Source: a virus | Virus record (IMG/VR): IMGVR_UViG_3300010400_000020 | Location: 1 to 37,490 of that record | Length of the DNA stretch: 37,490 nt | Strand: one strand, 5' to 3' | In this document: positions 22,546 through 32,583 of the stretch, in pieces | Layout of the letters: each line of letters opens with the position of its first letter | Numbering within the stretch: position 1 is the stretch's first letter | Program-made: the position numbers and the translations under genes | Notes under the pieces: generated by a model | Told to the model about the DNA's origin: nothing | What the model saw: only the letters and a program-made list of their open reading frames with translations | The model's database searches: none

Positions 22546-23741
22546 ATAATTCTATACCCTTCAGGAAGTTGTTGAATTTCACTTTCATCTACTTCATAAA
22601 TTTGACCATCTGGACCAACTACATCTACAATTCTTCCTGAAAGATGTTCAGGCTCAGATTCTATGTTTTCTTCATCTAATTTTGTAAAATCGTTTTCTAA
22701 TTTTTCTGTTTCCTTACCAATTAAACCTCTTGCAATTTCATCCGCTTTTTCTTGAGGAATTCCAGCTAAACCATACTTTTGATATACTTTTTGGAGTGTA
22801 TTTTCATATAAACCATCCAATTTATTATTGATGGTCATCATCTTCAGAATTCTTTTTCTGCCTTCTTTTGTATTCATTAGCCCAGGAAATTGCTTCATAT
22901 AAGATTGCAAGTCAAAATTTGTAACCCTAGATCCAAAAGCATCTTTCGCTCTATTTTGGAATCTAGCAATCTCTTTTGCCCATTCTTGTGCTTCTGGAGA
23001 TACCATTTCGGAAATTTGAGCTAAACCATAAAAATCCCCTGTCTCAGGATTTATTAGATATCTTTCAAAACCTTCTGGTAATTTTTTAGAATTGTTTAAC
23101 TTTGAAAGTTTGCTTATTCCTAATTCATCTCTTTTTATTGACTTAACTTGAGTCCTATTCTTGTCAAAAATTGGAGCATTTTCCTTTCTCCATTGCTTTC
23201 TTTCGTCATTCCATTCCTTAGGAGAATAACCTTTTGGCCTTTTTGAAAAATCCGGCCATTTGAATGTTTTAGGAATGCTTCCATCTTTCATCTTAACTTG
23301 AGGAATTTCTACGTTTTTTTCGGCGAATTCATCTGAGTCTGAAAAGTTGCTTAAAAGTTCATTAACATTATGTCCTCGTGAAGAAGCTTCTAAGGCTTTA
23401 GACAATAATTCTGTTTTTCCACCAACAGGAGAAGCTTTCCATACATCAGCAAATTTTTTACCAAAGGCATCTGATATTGTTTTATACTGCTCTTTTTCTA
23501 ACTCCAGATCCCCTTGCAATTTTTCAGATTCATTCTTTTGTCTTAATCCTTGTTGTAGAGCAATTTTTTGGAAATCTTCAGGCAAATCAGAAAATTCAGG
23601 CCCCAAAACATTTGAAATTGCTTGTTTTTGAGCATTTTGTTGCATTAATTGAGAACCCATTTCAAGGCCTCTGCCAACGCCTTGGCTCAGTCTTTGACCT
23701 AAACTAGGCTTTCTTTCACGACCTTCTAGAACTTGAATCAT
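22542..23741 (-). CDS. Internal virion / ejection-type protein (assigned by position)
   Basis: 399 aa; charged and helical. Occupies the T7 gp15/16-like or P22 gp20/16-like position. Confidence 0.4.
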   Translation of the reverse strand: MIQVLEGRERKPSLGQRLSQGVGRGLEMGSQLMQQNAQKQAISNVLGPEFSDLPEDFQKIALQQGLRQKNESEKLQGDLELEKEQYKTISDAFGKKFADVWKASPVGGKTELLSKALEASSRGHNVNELLSNFSDSDEFAEKNVEIPQVKMKDGSIPKTFKWPDFSKRPKGYSPKEWNDERKQWRKENAPIFDKNRTQVKSIKRDELGISKLSKLNNSKKLPEGFERYLINPETGDFYGLAQISEMVSPEAQEWAKEIARFQNRAKDAFGSRVTNFDLQSYMKQFPGLMNTKEGRKRILKMMTINNKLDGLYENTLQKVYQKYGLAGIPQEKADEIARGLIGKETEKLENDFTKLDEENIESEPEHLSGRIVDVVGPDGQIYEVDESEIQQLPEGYRII

Positions 23742-23751
23742 AATTACCTAC

Positions 23752-24306
23752 TTAAAATGATGAGCCAACATTATAACCCAAAGAAGCTCCCGTAAGAGCG
23801 CCAGCAGGACCTCCGGCTAAAAATCCACCTATGCCTCCTAAAGCACCCCCAGCAAGTCCTCCCCATCCACTACCTTGTTTTTGTTGTTTTTTGACAAAAC
23901 CATAAGGTTCTTGACCGAGTAAACTATCGCTAATCCCCATTAAATCCATTAGTGCTTGTCTTTGTAGTTGCTGTCTTTGTGATTGTAGTTGCTGCGCAAA
24001 ATCTTGAGAGGCTTGATTCGTAGTATTTTGAAATCCACTACTTCTTCTAGATCCCATTCCCATTCCACTAAACCTGGAAGCTAAGTTCCCCTGTAAAGCA
24101 TTAAATTGCTTCATTGCTGGAGCTTCCACTTGATTGAATATTTCTTCATCTCCACCAGCTAATCTAGACAAATAACTATCAGGGGCAACACGAGAAAACA
24201 TTTGCTGAAACAATTGCATTTGTTCAGGACTAAATTGTTGAAATGCTTTATATCCCGAAGGGGCTTTCATTTTCGTCATTCCCATATTTCCTTGCATCGA
24301 TGTCAT
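23752..24306 (-). CDS. Q-rich internal virion protein with a C-terminal glycine-zipper membrane segment
   Basis: 184 aa with GAGGT SD upstream. C-terminus GSGWGGLAGGALGGIGGFLAGGPAGALTGASLGYNVG. Confidence 0.45.
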   Translation of the reverse strand: MTSMQGNMGMTKMKAPSGYKAFQQFSPEQMQLFQQMFSRVAPDSYLSRLAGGDEEIFNQVEAPAMKQFNALQGNLASRFSGMGMGSRRSSGFQNTTNQASQDFAQQLQSQRQQLQRQALMDLMGISDSLLGQEPYGFVKKQQKQGSGWGGLAGGALGGIGGFLAGGPAGALTGASLGYNVGSSF

Positions 24307-24349
24307 AAAAACCTCACTTTTTCACAATATCAATTCGATAATTATTTTA

Positions 24350-24841
24350 CTAAACATTAGACAACCATTCAATTATTGCCAAACCTGAGTTTATGACAGG
24401 AGAAGCAGCTCCAGACGTGATAACTATGTTACCTGTAGTGTTACTTGTTGGAACCACTTTGATTTCTATATTGGCATTAGCAGTTACAGAGGCAAAAGGA
24501 ATTGGCCTGTAATCTGGTACGGCTGTTATACATGTTCCGTAAATTCTACTAAATTGCGTTAACCCATCCGTTCTGTAAGGAATGCTAATTGGCACTCCAG
24601 GGTTTATAGTGCTAAATGTGTAAATCTGCCTGAGACTTTGTTGCCTCGAAGATGTTAAAAACCAGGATTCCCCGGTCAAAACAAAGGTATTTTTAGGGAA
24701 AACCCCAATTGTTCTTAAATTTACAGCATTTGCTATATCAATATAGGATTTTGAGATTTGAACCGACAAAAGATGTATATCTTCAGGAAATTCCCTAGAA
24801 CTTCTTAGATATGAAACTTGTGTAAGATTATTGCTACTCAT
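24350..24841 (-). CDS. Virion structural protein
   Basis: 163 aa. ATGA overlap with the 1010-aa gene. Confidence 0.45.
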   Translation of the reverse strand: MSSNNLTQVSYLRSSREFPEDIHLLSVQISKSYIDIANAVNLRTIGVFPKNTFVLTGESWFLTSSRQQSLRQIYTFSTINPGVPISIPYRTDGLTQFSRIYGTCITAVPDYRPIPFASVTANANIEIKVVPTSNTTGNIVITSGAASPVINSGLAIIEWLSNV

Positions 24842-27800
24842 ACTAGTAATTGTGATGGTGAAACATCTAAAATAAATCCATGCAATTCCACTTCTGCAAA
24901 TTGGATCAATGGAGCTACTTCCGTTGCAGTTCCTCCTGAAACGTATGTATCAAAAGAAGTAGAATTCACATTGATTGTCACTGTCGTTGCATCCGAAGCG
25001 GTTACATAATAAATATGATTGTTCAATTGCACCATTCCAACGACATTTTGAATCAAAATCAAAGTCCCTACTGAAAATTGACCCGCACATGTTAGAACAC
25101 AAGGATTTGCCTTTGTGGCGCCCGTAATTGGGAAAATGGTAGCTGTAGGCGATAAAGTTCTCATTTGATCGTTGGAGATGGTGAATCCTAATTGCACTGT
25201 ATCGCCTAACAAGGACGTGTTTATTCTATGCCAAATTTGATTCTGTGCAGAAGCCGTTGGTGTATTTAGATTGATATTTGCTGGAGTTAAACCCAAATTG
25301 GTGCTTTCTGGACAAGTATAAAGAGTAGTGCTGTAGATCAGTGAATCATTGACCGAACTAGGATCAGGTAAAATAGGACCTTCATTATAAGCAGCAGCGT
25401 CATTTTGACTTAAGAAAATTAAAAGTTGTATTTGCCCTAAAGAAGTTGTGCTTAAGAGATACTGTTGAACCCCAATTCTAGTTTTTCTTCCTGTAGACCA
25501 ATTCAAAGGGAATTGTTTTGTCTGAATATATGGAACATACATTCTAGTGATTACTCCACCTCCAAGATATGTTCCTGAACCTATTAATGGATTCAATCTG
25601 AATGTATTTGCATCTGGATTGGCCACAGAAAATATTTGATTATTTACAAATGGCGCTATGGTTCCCAAACATCCGCTTATGATAATGTAATCCCCTTCAT
25701 TTAAATTATGATTAGGAGAAGTAATCGTATTTCCTGAAAAGCTTTGAATATATAAAGAAGTGCCTTCTGATGTTCCTGTTTCTCTAAGCATTACGAAACC
25801 TTGCTGATTTCCTGCTATTACCTCTGGCTGTAGGAGTGTGGATTCTCCAGCATCCCATGGATCATTCCAATCTTCCCAAGTTGAATATTTATCTCCTATG
25901 GTAGCCCAAGTATCGCCTGTTACCTTCTTAAATTGGCCATAAGTAGTATAAGACTCATTGAAAATTCCCCAAGAATTATCTCTAAAATTATATTGTAAAG
26001 TTTGATTAGGAAATACCCATGGTTGTTCATTGCTGGGATAAGTAAAATAGATCCATTCGTTGATGAAATCCCTTTGCGAAGTGAATCTTTCGTTCCCATT
26101 ATCGGTTAATTTAACCTCAAAAATTTGATCAGGAATTTCCAAGTCGATTCTTTGACAAGCTGTTTGACCCGTAATCAAATAACCTCTATTTCCCTTTGTT
26201 AACACGCCTTGATCAGTATTTACTGAAGAAAATGTACTTGAAGTGCCATATTCAGAATTTATTGCGAAAAAGTTAAATGGAACGATGTCATTTCCACTAT
26301 ATACTAATCGAGCTTGAAGATTATTCCCGAAACCTGTGATTAGAACATCCTCATTAAATTGAGAGGTTATGATCGGTTGTTGTGTTCCTGCGGTTAAAAA
26401 CCCTCCAAAACCAGTTATATCTGAAAAATAAGCAGAAGGAGTAGCTGTTTGATTTACTGGCAACAAAATAGAAGCATATCCAGGAGGTGTTGTTGGAGAT
26501 AAAGGATAATTAGTGCTTGGATCTGTGAAGGATGTCGTATAGTACGGAGTTCCGTTTTGGCTATAAACAATTGTATCTTGCAGGTAAATTGGATTGCCTG
26601 ACGAAGCTTGCACCACAACTCCCATGAACAACAATCTATCTTTGAAAGGAACTATTAGTCGAGCTCCTACTAAGTAATAAATTTTTGCAGGGAGATCTGC
26701 TATTGAAAACGCACTTTGCGATATAGGGGGCATGAAATTTACCCATCCAAAATGCCCATTTAACACAGGACTTGTAGCACTTCCATTTGTAGGATCTCCA
26801 TCATACCATCTGATACAGTCTTTTGTGGTGTCCACACGAGTTGTTAGATACTGGATGATTCCACCACTAGCCCAAGCGCCTCCAATTGTTGCATTTGGAA
26901 ATTCTACAGTAATACTAACTCCAGGATTAACAGCAGTCACATAACCCGTCTGAAAATTTATACCTGTCATTCCGACGATTTCATTGATAAAAACAAAATC
27001 TCCTATCACAGCAGGACTTCCCGCAGTATTTAAAGTAACGATGGCAGGTGGGCCACCAGCTCCAATTGCGGCGCCCGTTACAGTGGTAAATTGCATGCCG
27101 ATATTTGCTGTTGTGAAAGGAATATTTATGCCATTTGTAGCCCAAAAGGCTCCTTGATAATTTACAGTCCAAAATTGTTGGTAATCCTGACCATTCCAGG
27201 TAACAGGAGTTGGAGTTGCTTTTGGAACATACCCGGGTAAATTTACCGGATCAGCAACAGGATTTTTATAAAAACTTACACTATATGATGGATAAGTAGC
27301 CGTCGTTAAAATATTGTAAGCATATTTCGTATCAAATGCGATTGTACCTGGAAATAGAGTGGAGTCTAAAATAAGATCTTCTAGACCCATTACAGGAAAT
27401 GATGGGTAATACAAAAAATTGGCGTTTACTGTGTTTCCTGCTCCGCCAGCTATTACAAATGCACCTGTTATATAGTTTATGGTACTTCCAAGATCTACTA
27501 AACCATCTTTTCTTAGAGTTCCGTTTTTATCCGGGTCAGTATATACAGATCCATTAGTAACATCATTTATGATTATACTTCCCATGACTAAAGAAGCATT
27601 TGTTTCTAGAGCTGTAAATCCAGTAAGCAAATTTCCGGCTCCAGAACCATTAAGCACAATTGTTGTAGAACCTGGATTATAGGAAGAAATTAAAGAATTG
27701 AAAAATCTTGTTAGTCTATTGAGAAGAGAGGTTCCCCTTTTTCTCTTTACCCTTGCTCTCCATTGGTAAGCATTTACCAAAAAAGGGAAAGAATCATTAT

Positions 27801-27870
27801 CTATGTTAAAAGGTAGAACGTTAGTTTTAAGACCCTTTCCAATCGGTCCTACGACAAGTTTTTCTCCCAT
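24838..27870 (-). CDS. Large tail (nozzle / tubular-B-like) structural protein carrying SH3-like (E1_FCCH-like) beta-barrel inserts
   Basis: 1010 aa. Its position relative to MCP and the ejection proteins resembles T7 gp12. It has at least three copies of the ...G[DQ].V.I..V.GM..LN...Y.V...... module, e.g. GTLILIQNVVGMVQLNNHIYYVTASDATTVTINVNSTSFDTYVSGG. Confidence 0.5.
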   Translation of the reverse strand: MGEKLVVGPIGKGLKTNVLPFNIDNDSFPFLVNAYQWRARVKRKRGTSLLNRLTRFFNSLISSYNPGSTTIVLNGSGAGNLLTGFTALETNASLVMGSIIINDVTNGSVYTDPDKNGTLRKDGLVDLGSTINYITGAFVIAGGAGNTVNANFLYYPSFPVMGLEDLILDSTLFPGTIAFDTKYAYNILTTATYPSYSVSFYKNPVADPVNLPGYVPKATPTPVTWNGQDYQQFWTVNYQGAFWATNGINIPFTTANIGMQFTTVTGAAIGAGGPPAIVTLNTAGSPAVIGDFVFINEIVGMTGINFQTGYVTAVNPGVSITVEFPNATIGGAWASGGIIQYLTTRVDTTKDCIRWYDGDPTNGSATSPVLNGHFGWVNFMPPISQSAFSIADLPAKIYYLVGARLIVPFKDRLLFMGVVVQASSGNPIYLQDTIVYSQNGTPYYTTSFTDPSTNYPLSPTTPPGYASILLPVNQTATPSAYFSDITGFGGFLTAGTQQPIITSQFNEDVLITGFGNNLQARLVYSGNDIVPFNFFAINSEYGTSSTFSSVNTDQGVLTKGNRGYLITGQTACQRIDLEIPDQIFEVKLTDNGNERFTSQRDFINEWIYFTYPSNEQPWVFPNQTLQYNFRDNSWGIFNESYTTYGQFKKVTGDTWATIGDKYSTWEDWNDPWDAGESTLLQPEVIAGNQQGFVMLRETGTSEGTSLYIQSFSGNTITSPNHNLNEGDYIIISGCLGTIAPFVNNQIFSVANPDANTFRLNPLIGSGTYLGGGVITRMYVPYIQTKQFPLNWSTGRKTRIGVQQYLLSTTSLGQIQLLIFLSQNDAAAYNEGPILPDPSSVNDSLIYSTTLYTCPESTNLGLTPANINLNTPTASAQNQIWHRINTSLLGDTVQLGFTISNDQMRTLSPTATIFPITGATKANPCVLTCAGQFSVGTLILIQNVVGMVQLNNHIYYVTASDATTVTINVNSTSFDTYVSGGTATEVAPLIQFAEVELHGFILDVSPSQLLV

Positions 27871-28449
27871 TTAGTTGCCTATTGCCATCCATGAAAATGT
27901 ATTCGATTCATCATTTCCACCTGCATCTCTAGAAGCTACCGTGAATTGGTTTAGTGCTATAGTTTTAACTTGTATAAAGTGTCTGTTGTCATTATTTTCC
28001 AAAATGGAAACGGTTACTGAAAATACGGCATTTGGAAAAGCATTTAAAAACGTAACAGCACCATTAGTTGATTTCGTAGCTCTGCCCCATTGAATCAATA
28101 TACCCCCTGGAAGCCAGCTCGCACCATTAGTAGCAGCTGATGCATTTCCAATTTTTGATGTGGTCAACGCAACTTCAGTTCCTGCATTTCCGTCACGGAT
28201 CATAAATAATTCGCTAGAAACAGCGCCTGTTTTTGAATAAATAGCTACTTGACCAGCAACTGTAGTGGGAGCTGTTTGAACAGGATAAGTGCTTTGTTTG
28301 TGCCAACCATCACTATTTGTTTCAAAACTGTAATGATCAACAGCAATAATGCTATCGATTGAATTTGTATTCGTCTGCATATTTGGCTGGTCAACAGAAG
28401 GATTATGAGTTCTGAAAGGAATATTATCGAAATAATCGAAAAAAGGCAT
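27871..28449 (-). CDS. Tail-associated beta-rich protein
   Basis: 192 aa with AGGAG SD upstream. The C-terminal ...NTFSWMAIGN resembles the endings of some short-fibre or collar proteins. This is a weak recall. Confidence 0.4.
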   Translation of the reverse strand: MPFFDYFDNIPFRTHNPSVDQPNMQTNTNSIDSIIAVDHYSFETNSDGWHKQSTYPVQTAPTTVAGQVAIYSKTGAVSSELFMIRDGNAGTEVALTTSKIGNASAATNGASWLPGGILIQWGRATKSTNGAVTFLNAFPNAVFSVTVSILENNDNRHFIQVKTIALNQFTVASRDAGGNDESNTFSWMAIGN

Positions 28450-28463
28450 ATTTACATCTCCTA

Positions 28464-29873
28464 TTATTGAACTTGACCGCCATAATTACTTGTCATACCT
28501 TGCCATGGGCCCGTAGAATAAATCGTTTGAGTTCTAGTTGCTGTCCATTGTCTTTGACTTCGTATACGAACAAGGTTTTCTTGTTCTTTAAATAAAGGCT
28601 CGTAAAACAAAAACTGCTCTACATCGCCTGTATCCGAAAGAATCTTTCTAGCTGCTCCTCTCGCTACATATTCAGCCATATATCCAAAAGGAATAGCTGA
28701 CCCAGTATTTAAAAATGCTGCAGGAGTTAAATAAGCATCTAGCTCAACAAGATATTGTCTATCGGGAGGTGCCCGTAAAGTCAAAGTATTATTGTAAAAT
28801 AAGATAGATCTTGGGAGGCCAGATTGGAAGTACAGCCCTTGGAAATTAATATTTGCTCCTTGAGGTATTGCGGCTGGGAAGAATACATTCGTTACAACAC
28901 CGGTTATGTAATTTATAACGTTCTGGATGCTATCTATTGTTCCGCCTGAAATATAAGGAGTAAACCCTGTTGAATTCACATTGATTGTCACTGTCGTTGC
29001 ATTTGCAGAGACTACGGTATATGTGTTTCCATTTAATTCGACCATACCGGTTACGTTATTAATAATAACTGTTTGACCAGCCACCAATGTATTGTTCGCT
29101 GTAATCACAGCTTGAGATGCTTGGGTCACGTTAGTTATGGAGAATGAAGAAACATATCCATTGGGCAAAGCAGTATTTCCATAAGGAGCTTTTCCAGGTT
29201 TCATGAGAAGGCCATAATTAACGTTATTCGATAAGAATTGACCGCTATCTTGAATAACAACACTATTTCCTTCAGCATCTATTGAGGTAAAGAATACTGC
29301 AGAATCGACACTTGTCACTGGAATACTTGTATTCAGCGTAGTACCTATTGGAGGATCCACATTATTGCCTGTTGCAATAATTCCAGTGATATCAACATGT
29401 CCTCTTATGAGCCCATTCAATGGAGGATTCAATGGGGAAACTGCAGTATTAGAGATTATCGGAATATTAAATGTGTAAGGGCCAGAAGTTCCATCTCCTA
29501 TTCCGATTGTAGTCAAATTTTGTGTAACGTTTGGGTAATTATTAAAGAAATATTGCTTCTGTGTTTCAAAACCTACTTGAACCCCATTTATGTAAGCAGG
29601 CCCTAAAAACCCTTGGTACACCGGAAAACTTGCTATTGTTTGATTTCCTGGTTGTACCTGAGGGTCGTATAAAGGCATGTTATATTTATCGACTCCTGGA
29701 ACGGTTTGGAATTGATACTTTGTCTTTAGATCGAACAATTGCATGCGGGCATCGACATCCATCAACCAGAATCTATTGATGTAATCAATGATTAGGTTGT
29801 CTGTTATAGCTGCATTAGAAGGAGTTTTTATAATCCTTCTTACGTAAGTTATGATGTCGTTAAGTAAATTCAT
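28464..29873 (-). CDS. Virion structural protein with an SH3-like (FCCH-like) domain
   Basis: 469 aa. AGQTVIINNVTGMVELNGNTYTVVSANATTVTINVNSTGFTPYISGG. Shares a 31-nt identical DNA stretch with the 1010-aa gene. Confidence 0.5.
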   Translation of the reverse strand: MNLLNDIITYVRRIIKTPSNAAITDNLIIDYINRFWLMDVDARMQLFDLKTKYQFQTVPGVDKYNMPLYDPQVQPGNQTIASFPVYQGFLGPAYINGVQVGFETQKQYFFNNYPNVTQNLTTIGIGDGTSGPYTFNIPIISNTAVSPLNPPLNGLIRGHVDITGIIATGNNVDPPIGTTLNTSIPVTSVDSAVFFTSIDAEGNSVVIQDSGQFLSNNVNYGLLMKPGKAPYGNTALPNGYVSSFSITNVTQASQAVITANNTLVAGQTVIINNVTGMVELNGNTYTVVSANATTVTINVNSTGFTPYISGGTIDSIQNVINYITGVVTNVFFPAAIPQGANINFQGLYFQSGLPRSILFYNNTLTLRAPPDRQYLVELDAYLTPAAFLNTGSAIPFGYMAEYVARGAARKILSDTGDVEQFLFYEPLFKEQENLVRIRSQRQWTATRTQTIYSTGPWQGMTSNYGGQVQ

Positions 29874-30463
29874 TAAACCCCAGCTCCCATAAATATGGAT
29901 TTACGAGTGCTTACAGGAAGAGCGTCTAATCTTTGAATAGTTGTATCTGCAACCATTGAACCGTAATATTGACCCATTCCGTCACTACCCATTTGAGAGT
30001 TTTGCTGCATTACGAATCTGTGATATTTGCATCCAGCGATCCTTTCCGCTAAATATCTAGGGCCCCAAACTGGTTTCCCAGTAGGCACTTGCCAGAATTC
30101 ACATGGCATTCCCGCAAAAGGCTTTGTCCAAAGCTCTATCGTCTCTCCAATAATTTCTTTATTTTCAGGTATAAATCGTACATATTCCTTAGAAAATTCA
30201 TAATCTTTCCTATAATCTTCATTAAATTTTTCTCTGGCTGCTATAGCTCGTGCAGGTTTTAGATATAGATCTTTTGAATTAGAAATTTCGTGCTGTGAAA
30301 GTTTATTTTGTTGTTCTACTTCTTTTTGAGGAGCCTGATCAAGTCTGTCTTTCGTCATTGATTTGATATTCTCATCAAATTCTTTAAATTGCTGCTCTGC
30401 CTTATCTAATTCTTGATTTCCTAATCCTGAAGCTAGTTTGGGCTTAGATTTTAACTCTGACAT
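29873..30463 (-). CDS. Virion structural protein (tubular-A/adaptor position)
   Basis: 196 aa with GAGG SD upstream. TAATG overlap with the downstream gene. Confidence 0.4.
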   Translation of the reverse strand: MSELKSKPKLASGLGNQELDKAEQQFKEFDENIKSMTKDRLDQAPQKEVEQQNKLSQHEISNSKDLYLKPARAIAAREKFNEDYRKDYEFSKEYVRFIPENKEIIGETIELWTKPFAGMPCEFWQVPTGKPVWGPRYLAERIAGCKYHRFVMQQNSQMGSDGMGQYYGSMVADTTIQRLDALPVSTRKSIFMGAGV

Positions 30464-30473
30464 GCCATACCTC

Positions 30474-30899
30474 TCATTGGGGCGATATATTTATAAAACT
30501 ACCAGGAATAAATGTTCCTGTATTTGTTATTCCAAAATTGTTTATAGCACCTTGGTTAATATCTCCAATAGCAATTATTTGAGCTGGGGTTGATGCTGAA
30601 GAAGCTATATAGGAATTAAATCCAATTGAACTTATTCCTAACACAACTTGATTTGCCGCGGGAATAGAAACCACATATGCGGTTTTTTCATTTAATTCAA
30701 TAATTCCAAAAGATGGTGGAATCAAAAGTCTAACTTGTTGGTTTATTACGTAATTGTGGTCGACTGAGGTTGTTACGGTTGTTGTATATCCCTTAGAAAT
30801 AGCAGAAATAACGAATCTAGACGGTTCATAGAATTGTGGCTGAATAGCAACATTTGCATATGCAGGAACTGGTCCAGGTATAATTGGGAAATACGTCAT
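30474..30899 (-). CDS. Small structural protein consisting mostly of one SH3-like (FCCH-like) domain
   Basis: 141 aa. HNYVINQQVRLLIPPSFGIIELNEKTAYVVSIPAANQVVLGISSIGFNSY. Confidence 0.5.
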   Translation of the reverse strand: MTYFPIIPGPVPAYANVAIQPQFYEPSRFVISAISKGYTTTVTTSVDHNYVINQQVRLLIPPSFGIIELNEKTAYVVSIPAANQVVLGISSIGFNSYIASSASTPAQIIAIGDINQGAINNFGITNTGTFIPGSFINISPQ

Positions 30900-30911
30900 T
30901 CTTAACCTATA

Positions 30912-30938
30912 AGGGAGGAGACAAAATGTCCCCTCCCT
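30912..30938 (-). terminator. GC-rich hairpin between the 389-aa and 141-aa structural genes (attenuator or partial terminator candidate)
   Basis: GGGAGG(a)G-acaaaatgt-C(c)CCTCCC read directly. The U-tract is weak. Coordinates are approximate (+/-2). Confidence 0.35.
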
Positions 30939-30974
30939 AGATATATCTCTATCAAGTAAAAATTACAATAACAA

Positions 30975-32144
30975 TCAAGGTATTGAAATGTCATGCGCAT
31001 AAGCACGCCATTCCATTATATCTCCATTGGAACCCCCTACCCAGCTAGATGTATCGGTTCTGCTTGCCGCATTACCAATGATAAAGCCTTGGCTAGTGTT
31101 GTTCACAAAAGCACCTCTAATTGCCGGACCATTAATCGTAGCAACACGATTAGATGAAGTCGGGAATGAAGGAGGTGGATATAACGCTGAAGTACTAGTA
31201 ATAAGATTACCACCAGTATTTACATCACCTACAGCTACCACTTGTGGGAAAGTCAACCCAGGAACAGCGGATACAGCAATATTTGTCGTAAATGCTGTGT
31301 AAGCTGAAGAGTTGATATTAACCACAAATGTCCAGTTGTCCGTAATAGATACAACATATCCATAAATCGGCTGTCCTGGAATTAGAACGTTTGGCAAGGA
31401 ATTCAACTGAGTTGTACCCCAAGCATTAGGAATTCTAAATGCAACTTGCTGTCCAACTTCAAAGTTATGATACATCGAAGTTGTGATAGTTGTTGTATTT
31501 CCTAATGTGATCGCAGTAACTACATTGTCTTCTGGAACATACAAGAAAGGATATAACACTTTCTGTACGAATGCAGAAGCTGGCGATGCGCTTAAGTTAG
31601 TATAAGCAGCATTGTTAGAGTTATAGTTAACTACAAAGTTATTAGCATCTGTGATGGTTGTGATAGTAAATGGAATTCCATTCATTTGAGGCATACCAGT
31701 AGTTGAAGACTGGAATAGACCCCTAAAGATCACAGTATCCCCTACAGAATAACCATGTCCAGTTACCTGGAAGGATGTTGTTGTACCTTTAGTAGATGCA
31801 ACGACTTGTTGAGCTGCACCGAATTGTTGTGACAATCCAGCAGAAAATACACTAATACCACCACCAACTCTAACCATGTCTGTGGTTAAAACAGGAGTAG
31901 CATTAAACACTTGCACTACAGTGTCATAATTAACACTAGAAAATGTAAGTGGAGTCACACTAGAATCCCAAAAAGCAAATGGAATACCATGTTGCGCTGG
32001 AGTTGCCGCTTGTGTGTAGTTGATAAGTTGTACAAAGTCTGGTTTAAAAGGAAGGTTAATAACCTTTACGCTAGGAGCAGATACCCCTAAAGTACCACCA
32101 GAAACAGTATAACTACCTTTCGCCATTCTAGAATATTCAGTCAT
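30975..32144 (-). CDS. Capsid-associated structural protein (decoration or head-fibre candidate) with two SH3-like (FCCH-like) domains
   Basis: 389 aa. Starts 2 nt after the MCP stop. Domains around HGYSVGDTVIFRGL...MNGIPFTITTITDANNFVV and HNFEVGQQVAFRIP...YGYVVSITDNWTFVV. Confidence 0.45.
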   Translation of the reverse strand: MTEYSRMAKGSYTVSGGTLGVSAPSVKVINLPFKPDFVQLINYTQAATPAQHGIPFAFWDSSVTPLTFSSVNYDTVVQVFNATPVLTTDMVRVGGGISVFSAGLSQQFGAAQQVVASTKGTTTSFQVTGHGYSVGDTVIFRGLFQSSTTGMPQMNGIPFTITTITDANNFVVNYNSNNAAYTNLSASPASAFVQKVLYPFLYVPEDNVVTAITLGNTTTITTSMYHNFEVGQQVAFRIPNAWGTTQLNSLPNVLIPGQPIYGYVVSITDNWTFVVNINSSAYTAFTTNIAVSAVPGLTFPQVVAVGDVNTGGNLITSTSALYPPPSFPTSSNRVATINGPAIRGAFVNNTSQGFIIGNAASRTDTSSWVGGSNGDIMEWRAYAHDISIP

Positions 32145-32145
32145 A

Positions 32146-32583
32146 TTACACCCCCAAATTGCTTAAGCGTGTTGACATTAAATTTCTTATAGCTGTGTCT
32201 TGCGTTAAAGCTTGTGCTTGGGCAAATTTAACTGCCAAAGTAGCGTTTTGTGCAAGCATACCAGAATAATAAGGGTCACGATAAATCAGGTTCATGCTAT
32301 AGCCGTCCTGATTGATATGCGTAACTGCCTGTTTGCCTACAACAGTGTTGTAGTACAAATCATTTAATGTACCCGAGCTATTTGCTACAGCGTTTCTAGC
32401 GACTGGAGCTTCTGAACTAGTCAGAACTCTAATGTTAAATGCAGAACCATATTCAGATGGCAAAGCACTAGCATTAGTTGGATAATTCCATTGGTTTAGG
32501 AATCCACTACCTACGAGTGTATCGAAATCAGATTGTAACTCTGTTGAAGATAGCATAAAATATGCTGATCTTACAGGGCCTGT
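32146..32583 (-). CDS. Major capsid protein, exon 2 (aa 182-326 of the spliced product)
   Basis: Track ORF 32146..32586 (MTGPVRSAYFMLSS...); the listed M is the intron's last three bases. TGPVRSAYF... continues the HK97-fold/N4-gp56-like MCP begun in exon 1. Confidence 0.8.
   Translation of the reverse strand, partial: TGPVRSAYFMLSSTELQSDFDTLVGSGFLNQWNYPTNASALPSEYGSAFNIRVLTSSEAPVARNAVANSSGTLNDLYYNTVVGKQAVTHINQDGYSMNLIYRDPYYSGMLAQNATLAVKFAQAQALTQDTAIRNLMSTRLSNLGV

Noticed and set aside
30838-30842. By my manual reading, the first 20 codons of ORF 30474..30899 seemed shifted by one base (an extra C near 30840) relative to the rest. This hinted at a frameshift.
   Set aside because: The supplied ORF track gives an uninterrupted 141-aa ORF, and the flanking track coordinates agree with the sequence. 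This is most likely my own base-counting error, not biology.
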